Shown: piece after piece, positions 53,138-64,000 of the stretch | Layout of the letters: each line of letters starts with the position of its first letter | How positions within the stretch are numbered: position 1 is the stretch's first letter | Assembly: GCF_018977255.1 (NCBI RefSeq) | Contig: NW_024704743.1 | Span: forward strand, 59,522,001 to 59,586,000 | DNA from: Callorhinchus milii | Lineage: Eukaryota | Direction: 5' to 3' | DNA: 64,000 bases | Translations under genes and position numbers: made by a program | Notes under the pieces: model-generated | Told to the model about the DNA's origin: nothing | What the model saw: the letters and a program-made list of their open reading frames with translations, nothing else | The model's database searches: none

Positions 53138-53967
53138 ACTCCTTGGGATACGCGCCTGCCAGAAAGATTTCCCTTTGACAGTCGCTTGTGTTTACAATTC
53201 CATGACTGAATCTCCCCATAATTAATTATGGAAGGGAGTTGCTCCTGGCAGGAGCTATGCCTATGGCCTGATGTTGACTGGGATCGATATTGTAGTATTT
53301 CCAATCTGAGAAGTGAGATCTGCCCTCACAAAGAGGAAGCAGAGATACTGGAACTCAGAGCTCGTTGAGCACTTGGTCACAAGGCTCAGGCTGGAGAGAT
53401 GATCTGGTCATCTGAGCTGACGATGTGGACATCGTCCTTCAACGATTTGTGGCCGAGAGAGTTTGAGGATGAAAGGGTTGTCTGCGAGGTCAACCTTCGT
53501 TCCCTTGAAGAACGCATTTCAGTCTAATTTGGCTTAAAGCAGGTAAGTGGGGCCTAACCTCGCTCACCAAATTATATATGGATATATAGAGCAATATGGA
53601 TATGTAGAGTAATATAGAGCAATGTGTACTGATTCAGCAAAGGGCAGATTCTCAGTTCAGACCAACTCCATTGCTGAAGCTATTAATACTCTTTGTTTGT
53701 GCGACAACTGTGGTTCAGCGGATACTACTTTTAGAGAATTTCAAGAGAGGCAGCAAACCTGAAGCTATGGATATAGCATTTGAGATCTTTTATATAGACT
53801 GTGTCTCAATTAGATCAGCTCCTCATAATGCATAAAAAGCTCATTCTACCCAAATGAATAATAATGTTATTGAAAGTAAATTTATTCCATGTATGTGTAA
53901 ATAGTGAAGCTTTGCCCACTAAGCCATGCCCACTAAAAAGACTACTCATTCATGTAACATTATATAG

Positions 53968-54450
53968 TCCACAAAATATAAAGTCAATTCGCTTTACAGT
54001 ATATTCTGTGAAGCGCTTTGAGACGTCTTGAAGACGTGAAAAGTGCTATATCAAATGCAAGGATTATTGTTATATTAGTTGATTTTTACTGACACAAATC
54101 AATCCCTCATAATGTAGCCCAGTAGTTAGAGTACTCGCCTCACAAGCGAGAGATCTGGGTTCAATTCCCGGCAGGGCGAAATGTTGGGCAAGTTTCCTTA
54201 CTCCATACGCCTCTGTTTACTTAGTAGTAAGTAGAAACCCTGTTGTTAGTCGATAGGTGGAATCTTTTCCAGGGATAATAATTCCTTCAAAAAAAAATTG
54301 GTCACTTCAATCCACAGTTTGTGGGGTACTGTTGTGTGCAATTGGCTGCTGCATTTTGCCCACAAAATAAACAGTCAATTCACTTTACAGTATATTCTGT
54401 GAACGCTTTGAGACGTGATAAGGCGCTATATCAAATGCAAGTATTATTAT
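53968..54450 (+). mobile_element. tRNA-SINE tail fragment (~53968-54075) followed by a near-full tRNA-SINE (~54112-54450)
   Basis: tgtagcccagtagttagagtactcgcctcacaagcgagag...ggcgctatatcaaatgcaagtattattat. Confidence 0.85.
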
Positions 54451-55010
54451 AAATGCAGTTGTGCTATGTGTCGTCGTGCGTAAACAATGTGTACATGCAC
54501 GCTTACACAGAAATTACAGGTTTCCTTAAATGTGTGATTGATACTCAATGAAAAGGATGCATTAATTATACAATTAGGAACCAGTTCTAAAGTTTGGTTG
54601 CTACATAAGGGCTCTGTAATTCAGTGTGGAAGCATGCTTTTATATACATGGTTTGCACATTGGCATATATTAGACATGACCTTGGATGAGCTGGAGTCGG
54701 TGGTGGGGGGGGGAGAGTAAAATCAGTCTGGTTATATGATCCTAAATGGTATTCAGTGGCCTATATATGACCGTTGAGATAGTTTGGGAAAGGTTGGATT
54801 TAGTGCCTTTACATTTGAATAACTTATCTACTCTCACTATCCTGTGGGTACTTGAGTAAGATATTATAGGGGCTGTCAGTACCAATGGAAGAATAGCACA
54901 CAGCCAGAGATTTTGGTAGTTGGGAATTTAATAAACATTGAACATAACAAAAGATGTGCTTTCTGTCAATGTAATCTAAATGCACACATTCTTTATTTTA
55001 TCTTATTCAG

Positions 55011-55110
55011 AGATTTCCAAGCTGGAGTAAATCTTTCTTTCAACCGTCAGTTTTATGACGAGCATTGGTCAAAACATCGTGTGGTGACCTGCTTGGACTG
55101 GTCCCTTCAG
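55011..55110 (+). CDS. DYNC1I1: DYNC1I1 exon (100 bp): [33 protein letters not shown]
   Basis: ttcag| acceptor and |gtaata donor. Has IC1-type residues [12 protein letters not shown] and WSLQ, where IC2 has KLSLNRQFFDER and WSSQ. Phase 2/0. Confidence 0.98.
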
Positions 55111-58039
55111 GTAATACTGAATTTCTTAAAACATTTTATCTGATGGAAGAAGCTGTAATTTCCTAAATATCCCTAAACACCAGAGACTGAATCTCTCATT
55201 GGCTTAGTCTTAACACCATTTTGGAAAATCTAAAATTCAGTCTGAATTTGGAAACTGTTTTTCCTTACTTTTGTGGAAGACAGGCTTAGAAACTGAGACC
55301 AAATTGACGAAATGTCCTTGAATTTTCAGACAATGGTCTCATTTAAAGGCTAAGAGCATGAGAGGTTTCAGACCTCAGTTGTAAAAGTATACTGTATCTA
55401 GTTTGAAAAGTTAACTTAATTTCTGATTTGGGCTAATAAACCCAAGGCAAATGGCATAATTTCTCTATTATCTTATTTTCAGCTGGTTTTGAACAATCTT
55501 GGTCATGAAGGTACAAACTAACATTTTAGATGTTCTTTCCTCCATTAAGTGTTTTGCTTGGAAAACACTTAATTTCACATTTGGAAGCTTGGAATTTGGA
55601 GGCGTTGCTGTATTTATTTTGACTTTGACTATTCTAACTTTTCTAGCCAAGAATTGTTAATGTGAAGATACAATAAACTGCAGAATATTTACCAGCATCT
55701 ACAGTAAATGGGAAACAGTTTACTTTGTAAACACTTTTTGTGCTTTTAAAATGGCTCGTAAAGCAAAACCATGAAGCCTTGCTGTAACAAAACTTTAGCA
55801 GAGTCCAATTTTATGTCTGCATAAAAAACTGCACAATATCAATCAACAGAGCAAATGCACTGACAGTCATGTTGGGAAACAGATGCACTCTAGAAGGCTT
55901 CCCGGATTGAGCTTTCACCAGAGTGCATCTGCTTCTTGGTTTCCTTCAATAAACAATTATACAATTCCATTGAGGAACCTTTAAGATGTGATCATTTTTA
56001 GGTCAAATTTACTTTTGTATGAGTAATTTTTCAGCATTTACAAAATAAATGTGCAGTATTCATAGCTCCAGAAGGAACTCTGACTTGTCTTTGTTTGCAG
56101 TGCTACTTTGCAGTCTTTGCAACGCACTTCCTGATCCCGGGAAGTTTAAAGTGTGTTTATTGCACTCGTGTTTAATGGATTAAAGCAGTAGAAAGCGACA
56201 TCACTATGGCATTATAGTGCCATATTGAATGAGGTAGTGGAAACTTGATGTAACCTGATTCTCAGAAATGTGGTTGATATTTGTGGCACGATGCGGAAAA
56301 ACCTGGTGCTTCAACCGATCAACTTAAAAAAAATTATATCAATTAGTGGATGGTACATTGCTAGGTAAAGCTCTTATTACTTTCAGTAATATAAGCAGTC
56401 AGGATTGACATTACTTTGAGAAGCAATGTTTTGTCTGTGTGACCTGACTTAAAATGAATACTTGAGGTATAATGCGCTCATTTTATTCTTATGTGAGTGC
56501 GTGATTATTCACACTTTAAAATAGAAGTATTAAATTTCTCTAATGTTTTGACTGCGTGATATACAATTCTTAAAAAACACATTAATCCAATAAGAATATA
56601 ATTTACCTCTAAGCTTCCTTGTGAGGTAATGAATGATTGGTGCGCATTGAGTGCGGTGAATCAATGCACGATTTTCTATTTCAAGTTGCTACTAACTCAG
56701 TAAGAAAACAGAGTAGCAACTATTTAATTTTTCGTTGAATCATTGTGGTCTAATGCAAATTCTGGGATTCCCAAACCTTGGCTCTCACCAACTTGCACCT
56801 AATATTTTCCGCAATTAGTTAGCAGGTTGCGTACCTCCAAGGAGAGAGTGCGCATTCCATTCCAGACATCGGGAAATTTCCATGTGTAGGTGGCACTTTG
56901 TGGAGTTCTGTTTGGTTTGGTTTGTATACTCAAGCATGGTTTGTATACTCAAGCATGGTTAATCGTTTCCACCTATGTCAGAAATCCAGCTGATCCCCCA
57001 AAAATCCCCCAAAACATGCAACTTACACTTAGAAATAACTAAAATATCAGATAGGAATTGCAAGGATTCCAAAGCGAGCAGAAGTTGAGATGGGGAGGAA
57101 ACTTCTAACACAAAAAAGATAATTTGGGTGAAAAACTGGATTTATTTCAGAACATCAAAAAATCCCTTCAGACAAGCCAGATACTAACAAAATCATTGCT
57201 TTATTGATGAAAGTCTCCTCTACCTGGACAGCTGTAAAGGACCGTAACTTAAATGCGTTTGGCAAGTCATAAATGGAGTACTCATCGTCTCCTAGCAAAA
57301 AAAAAGGCCCTAAATTTGGTGCTAAATGGGCAACCTCAATCGAGGAGGAGATGGGATGGATGGCTGATGAAGGAAATATAACAAACACTGTAATAAGGGG
57401 TGCTCTTGTGAGGACGGAGCTGAAATACTGCACAGTAGTGGAAGCTTTGCGTCTGATACCATATATGGGATTGCATAACGCTGATACAAAATAAGATGTT
57501 CAATTCTATACATGAGCATTCCTCACTTTGAGTATAAGGTTCATCTAAAAAATGACTGGTCTTAAGACGTTGCTTCAGTTAGTGTTGGTTTCCTCACGTT
57601 GTTAACCTGATCAGAGTCCGGTTGCATATTTAAAAAAAAGCTGTGCTCCTGGTGCTGCTTGACTGAACTAGGATGCATGAAATTTTTTTAGTTTGAAAAG
57701 TTATAACTGAGTGAGTCCATGCACAGATGGAGATTAAGTGCTTTGTGACTGGAGACATTGGTTTTCATTCAACTGTGAGCCATTTTCCACCGCTTTATAT
57801 GGGTTCAAGCAGTGAATGGTTTAGAGTCAGCCTTTCTCTCTTTAAGTAGGTAGTAATTTTGTTGTAATGGATGCTGTGCCATTCAGTCACATGGTAAGTA
57901 TGTTAGCGAGTGGAATTCCTTCACTGCACACTGAGCTTTGTAATATCCAAACAGGTTCCATGGTTTAATTATTTTTATGCTGAGGCACAGCAATTTACAC
58001 CATGTCAGGAGATCATTTATCTCAGTAGCCTCGTGTTCA

Positions 58040-58335
58040 AACCCTACCTCTGCAACCTACTGCTTTAACTGCTCCACCTGCTCAGCAAACTATTTTAATG
58101 GCCCCTATCTAAGCCTCCATATCATTCAGCTACGTCACAGCCTCTCTCTAGAGCCATCCCACAGTCCCTTTGCCTCGCCCATCACTCCCCCTTTAAAGCC
58201 CACCTTAAGACCTATCTTTTTGATCATGCGTTAAGTCAGCTTTCCCATCTTTCTCATGTTCTCCCCAAAACTCAGACTCCCAGTCAGCTGTGTGAAGTGC
58301 TGTGAGACATCCTCTTGGTGGTAATGATGCTACTT
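58040..58335 (+). mobile_element. Degraded L2 3' fragment
   Basis: Motif ctttaaagcccaccttaagacctatctttttga and tail gtgaagtgctgtgagaca. Confidence 0.55.
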
Positions 58336-58549
58336 AAATGTACATTGTTGTTTCATGTATTTATCTAATTACTTCTTAAAAGCAAATATGGATTCTGCCT
58401 CAACAGTGGTTCCAGGTGCAGCATTCCACATCCAAACAACTGTATATAAATGCAATTCCCTCAATCTCTCCCTTTGTTTTGGTAATGATCTAAAATCTAT
58501 GCCCACAAGGAGCAGATGCTAAGGCATTGAGGCCTTAGGATAACAGTGA

Positions 58550-58774
<225 letters not shown>

Positions 58775-59749
58775 TAACCGTTCTTTAAAGAGGACGATCT
58801 AGGAACATGCCGTTTGAATGGAGAATTGTGGTGCAACCACTTCCTGACCCAACCATCCGAGTGTATTTGCCCACCAGTGTGGGTGGTCATCTTTTCTTTC
58901 CCACATAAATACATATTATGGAGGTGCTTAAGCTGCATTGAATGTCTATTTTAAAATATTTTTTCAAGCAAAAAGCTTTTGTGAAAATGTAAAATGCATC
59001 ATCCCAGAATCGTTTGGGATGTTTAAAGGCAAGACAGCTAAGTACTGGGGAAGAAAGGGTTTGAAGAGATTTGAAGAAAAGATGTGAAAATGGAATGACA
59101 ATATCTGCTATTATCTACTAAATTAAATAAGTTTGAATGACTGAGTGGCAAACTGAAGATCCAATTTCTCAAAGGTGTTATTTTGATTATTTTTCCTTCC
59201 TCTTCCCCCATAAAGTCTTCGTGTAAAAATCAAGAAGTCCTTTTTTTTAAATGATGCTTTAAAAATAACACTTTCAGTGCATGCTTAAAATATGGTGCCA
59301 GTTCATGGAGATGGAAAAATCAAAACACATATTTGAAAAAGTGTTATAAACTTGTGATGCCATTAATAGGATCATAGAGTATTGATGATTTGATGTTTCT
59401 AGTAAAGAGCTGGAGGCAGAGAAGCTATAGCAAGAAATGCACAGCCCATGTACACTTGCAAAAAGAGGTCACAGTGTAAAGAAAATTCATGACTGGAGTA
59501 AACTAGCTCTTAAAAGAACCAGCATAGACTAGATGGGTGAATGGTCATCCTCTATGCTGTAAATTCCTATGGTTTGTCTTGGAGCTGATTTTAATTCTTA
59601 TTTGTTAGCCTCTCCACACGGTTGAAGTTGACCTGTAAGGTTCTTCAGACATTGAGCAGGTCATGCAAGTCAGTGACTGGAAGTGAGTGAGGCCATTTGT
59701 GGAGAACACTCCCAGAGGCTGATTGACAAAACTACAGAGTAAATGTCTT

Positions 59750-60120
59750 AACATTTAGCACCTTTCATGTTGGAAGGATGCCTAGGAACACTTCACGGTT
59801 TTACTGTAATGTGTAGTGACTGTATTTTGTAGGTGCACATGGGCAGCAAGATGTGCATAGAAATGTGCTACAAACAGCCACGAAATGAATAATTAATTGT
59901 ATTTGGGGGATTTTTATTGGCCAGGACATTAAGAGAAACTCCTTTCTCTTTTCGAGTAGTGCCAAGGGATCTTTAACGTGAACAGGCAGATATGACCTCA
60001 GTTTAACATCTCATTCAAAGGACGGCACCTCCAACAATGCATTGTACCCCTAGCACTGGACTGTTAGCCTAGACTGTGAATTCAAGTCTGTAGAAAAGCC
60101 TATTCGGCCAGGCTGACACC
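59750..60120 (-). mobile_element. DeuSINE-like element
   Basis: Motifs ttggccaggaca...gtgccaagggatctttaacg...aaaggacggcacctcc...ggctgacacc. Confidence 0.7.
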
Positions 60121-60869
60121 AAAAAAAAATCCCGGTGAGGGGGTGCGGGGGTGCTGGATTAGGCAGGGTATGAGTATACCATACATAAAATAAGAGGGTA
60201 AATGGGACTTTGATACTTGCTATTTCTTCTTTAATAAAAAGCCTTCTATTCTGTCAGAATATTGTGCAGTAGCCAGACCTCCTCACTGATACATTGTAGG
60301 ATCTTTTTCCCTCTGTTATTCTGTGTGCGGTTATTTTCAGACTCTCATTATCCTGCCTAATCTCCCCTATTATTTTCTCGTGGTGTGGTCTGCCTTCATA
60401 CAACCCAGCAAGCGGTGGTGGCTATGTATTTACAAAAGCATATAATGCACACTGTGTGTAAATTTCAGATACAGTACCATGTGAATCAGTAAACAGATAG
60501 TAGTTATTCCAGCAGAAACCCTTCTTTCCCCTTAAGAATTTCCGTTCACCCAAGATCACGAGAGGTTTCGATGGAAAAAGGTCCTTTGGCAGATTTCATC
60601 TGAACGTTCCAGAACACCCACCCATCGTTGCATTTGATATAGCAGCACCTTTCTCAAAGGTTTCTAAGTGCTTCACAGGATTTACCGTAAAGTGCAGTGA
60701 CTATTTGTTGTAGCTGAATGCAGCCGCCAATTTGTGCACAGTTCCCCTATACTCTTTAAATAATTTGGGTTTTACATCCATCTAGTATTTGAAAATAGAA
60801 TGCATGAAATGAGATTGAAAAAATAAACCCAGATCTGTACTTTAGAATGAGACAAGATAGTAAAACAAG

Positions 60870-61425
60870 AGGACATAGGTTTGGAGCTGAAGGGGCAGTT
60901 TCAGGATACAAGAAAGTTTTTCTTTACTCAGAGGATAATCAATGACTCGATCAGTTATAATAATAATTCTTGCATTTGATATAGCGCCTTGTTCCGTCTT
61001 CGATATGTCTCAAAGCGCTTCACAGAATATACAACAAAGTGAATTGGCTGTATATTCTGTGAGCAAAATGCGGCAGCCAATTTGCACACAGCAAATCGTC
61101 GTGGATTGACTGACAGAATTAGATATTTTTTGAAGGGATTGTTACCCCTGGAAAAGCAATCCGACAATCAATTAGAAAACTGAAGCATGAGGAGTAAGGA
61201 AACTTGCCAAATGTTTCACCCTGCCCGAGAATTGAACCCGGGTTATCTCGCTTGTGAGGCAAGCGCACTAACCACTACAAAATGAGGTAGAGGCCAGGTA
61301 CTGGACTCATTTAAAAGGCAGCTTGATTCTGTGATGGGGAGGGGAGATTGTAGGGTGGGTGTTCTGGAAGGATGAGATTGGATGGGCTGAAGAGCTTTTT
61401 TTCATTCAAATCAAACGTATGATCT
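60870..61425 (+). mobile_element. CR1 3' end interrupted by a tRNA-SINE on the - strand (~60956-61280)
   Basis: ttctttactcagaggata [SINE] gtagaggccagg...ggatgggctgaagagc. Confidence 0.7.
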
Positions 61426-62659
61426 CTGCATTGCCTATAGGGCCTTGGCAGCCCCTTTTATGTTATTGTTCCCAAATTGAGCTGCTTCATATTTCTCTGC
61501 ACTGAATTTTATTTGCCATTCATCTGTGCACTCGGCAAACATGTCTTCCTGTATTCTGCACTATCCCTCGTTGGTTTACCGTATCCCTAATTTGGTACCT
61601 TCAAGAAATTTACTCATTTCACTCTTGTCTGAATCATTTATACGGAAAATATCAGAGGCTTCAGCACAGACCTCTGTTGTATGTCACCGTGGTGGCAGTG
61701 ATGATGGACCAGCACTGAGATCCCTTTGTTAGATCTTCTGCTCCCAATTCAAACCTTTATTTTTTAAATGCTTCACTGGAAGTGAGTGGGTATTTGTATG
61801 GACCTCACGTAAAGACTTCAGTAAAAACTTGCACTGAGTCTTTTAATCAGTGTGCAATATTGTACTTACAATTATCAGTGCTACAGTCCATTTGCCCACC
61901 CAGTTGCATAATTTATCCAAATCCTTTTGTAACTCTTTTGCTGCCTACTTCATATCTACTGCTCTAACTATGTTTGTGTCTTTTTGCAAATTTGTTGAGC
62001 TCATCGCTTTTGTCAATTCATGTTATAAATGTTAATATTAGATGTTGCCAATAGCTGAAAATGTAATAACCACAGTGGAAATATTTAAAATGAATAATAT
62101 ATGAAATCTGTCATGTTTCTTTTCCTTTTGACAGCAGCATTGGAAAGTATATATGCATTTTGGGTTCTGTTAAAAGAAAGCAAAATAGTTGGAATATTGC
62201 CACTTGGGAATAAAGTGTACCCAGAGTCGACTCTAAACCCTACTCAGCTTTCTTAGTATCTGAAATGTTGAGGTATTGCTAATAATCTTCCTAATAACCA
62301 AGGAAAGATTCCAGTAAAATAGTTTTGTGCCATGTTATTTGTTTACAAAGTATTATTTATAAAATGATCTTAATTATAGAATATGGAACTATGATCACAT
62401 CTAATACAAAAGAGTGAACCCTATGCTTTTATTAAGGGTGCATTGGAACATTCACCTATAAAATTCACACTTGATGTACATCTTACACAAATCCTGTGAA
62501 CTGTTTTGAGACGTCCTGACGTGAAAGGCGCTATATCAAATGCAGAAATAATTTTATTATTAATAATATTGTATTGAGTTTTGCTGAATGAATGATACGC
62601 TCATTTAAATGAGGAAGAAAATGGAACTAATTTTTTTTAACCACTTTACTTATATACAG

Positions 62660-62806
62660 TCTCCTGTAATGTCGGTGTGCTTTGCCCGATTTCACCCCAA
62701 TTTGGTAGTTGGTGGTACATATTCTGGACAGATTGCTCTTTGGGACAACCGCAGCCACAGACGGACCCCAGTTCAGCGAACCCCTCTCTCTGCTGCTGCT
62801 CACACT
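62660..62806 (+). CDS. DYNC1I1: DYNC1I1 exon (147 bp), WD40: [49 protein letters not shown]
   Basis: tacag| acceptor and |gtaagt donor. Has IC1-type SVCFARF and SHRRT. Phase 0/0. Confidence 0.98.
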
Positions 62807-62850
62807 GTAAGTAAAATATTGTTTTACATTAATGTAATGATTAAATTGTT

Positions 62851-63174
62851 GGAAATAAAAACAGAAGTTGCTAGGAACACTCAGCAGGTCAGACAGAATC
62901 CAAGGAGAGAGGAAAGTGAGTTAACATTTCAGGTCAATGACCTTTCGTCAGAACTCAATGACAGCATTATTGTTAATACTGTACTGGGTTTTGCTGAATG
63001 AATAATGTTTTGCTGAACTCGATGACATTTTGTCAGAGTTCTGACGAAAGGTCATCAACCTGAAATGTTAACTCACTTTCCTTTCTTCATAGTTGCTGCC
63101 TGACCTGCCGAGTGTTCCCAGCAACATCTGTTTTTATTTCAGATTTCCAGCATCTACAGTAATTTGCCTTTTGT
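62851..63174. mobile_element. Inverted pair of Penelope-type terminal repeats with hammerhead motifs, flanked by a 12-bp TSD
   Basis: Arms 62851-62956 and 63036-63140 are imperfect reverse complements. ttaaattgttgg occurs at both 62841-62852 and 63175-63186. Confidence 0.75.
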
Positions 63175-64000
63175 TTAAATTGTTGGTGTTGTCTTACCTC
63201 ATGTCCCCCTCCTCATTTCAATTAGCAGCTAAATATGTACGTATCCTGCAAATTAAAGAATAGGTTTATCTGTGTGCTTATGAGTGCTCTAAAATACCTG
63301 TTTCACAGGATGTTGAGAAGCTTCTCATAGCCATAGTTGAAGCTCAAAACTGGTATAATTCACAGGGTGTAAAGCTACAACCCATGAGCATCTATTTACT
63401 GTAAGAATTAAAAATGTGCTAATAAGCTTAGCTGTTTGAAAGATTTATAAGATGCAGGACTCCCTATGAGGAAACACCATTTTAATTCTCTTATCTTCAC
63501 TTCCTCAGCACTTTTCATGTTACGACACACAGTGCAGCATCAATCAAGTTTTAGGGGCATAAATATGATTCTGAGCCATTGTGGGATTGATGCAGTTTGT
63601 TGCAATATAAATCTGATTAGACTCCAAATAATTCCAATTAACTTTTACATGAAAAATAAGTTTAGGAGTTTGCATATCTGGCTCTTTAATAAATGTAAAG
63701 CATTGTTGTTCAGTGCCTATGACTGGTAGGAGACCTCTCAGTGTTTAGAGCAAAATGGGGAGATCAGGAGGTAAGAAAAGGCTGCTTTCCTGTTTCAAGT
63801 TGCCATTTTGCTGGAAGTGATGTCAAATTACTTCAGCAGTAGAAAAAGAAGCATTAATAAAATAGGCCATTAAGCCTTGTAGAGTTGGTACAGTCACAGC
63901 CAAATGAAGCATGAAAACTAGGAAAGTGCTTTATTGGATCCCAGTCTGTGCTGAGTTACTTTACCTAGGCTGGAACAGTGCTTAGAACACTACACAGTCC

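Noticed and set aside
56684..56720. 10-bp inverted repeat agttgctact/agtagcaact
   Set aside because: It is too short to call alone and is probably a relic of a decayed palindromic repeat.
56922..56959. Short tandem duplications (19 bp x2 here; others near 12784, 16597, 39083 and 45470)
   Set aside because: These are ordinary slippage-type micro-duplications with no spacer structure, so they are not CRISPR-like.
1209..58335. Antisense orientation bias of L2 insertions
   Set aside because: Counts are roughly balanced (about 6 minus versus 4-5 plus), too few to support a bias.

Overview
This is vertebrate genomic DNA, AT-rich and repeat-rich. The repeat set (tRNA-Ala SINE, DeuSINE, L2/CR1 LINEs, Penelope-type palindromes) points to a cartilaginous fish, probably a chimaera such as Callorhinchus; that assignment is inference. 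The window lies entirely inside DYNC1I1 (cytoplasmic dynein 1 intermediate chain 1) on the + strand. Seven internal coding exons (796 bp total) have GT-AG boundaries and mutually compatible phases. They run from the alternatively spliced 20-aa exon through the Tctex1/LC8 light-chain sites into the first WD40 repeats; start and stop codons lie outside the window. The rest is intron, including one of 34.3 kb, filled with dead retroelements that explain nearly all long ORFs in the track. The most notable extras are a TSD-flanked inverted Penelope-type insertion with minimal hammerhead-ribozyme motifs just after an exon, a U2 snRNA 5' fragment fused to unknown sequence, two pre-miRNA-sized hairpins, an unclassified ~1 kb repeat family and a palindromic MITE family. 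I found no evidence of a novel protein-coding system. Repeat boundaries are approximate.
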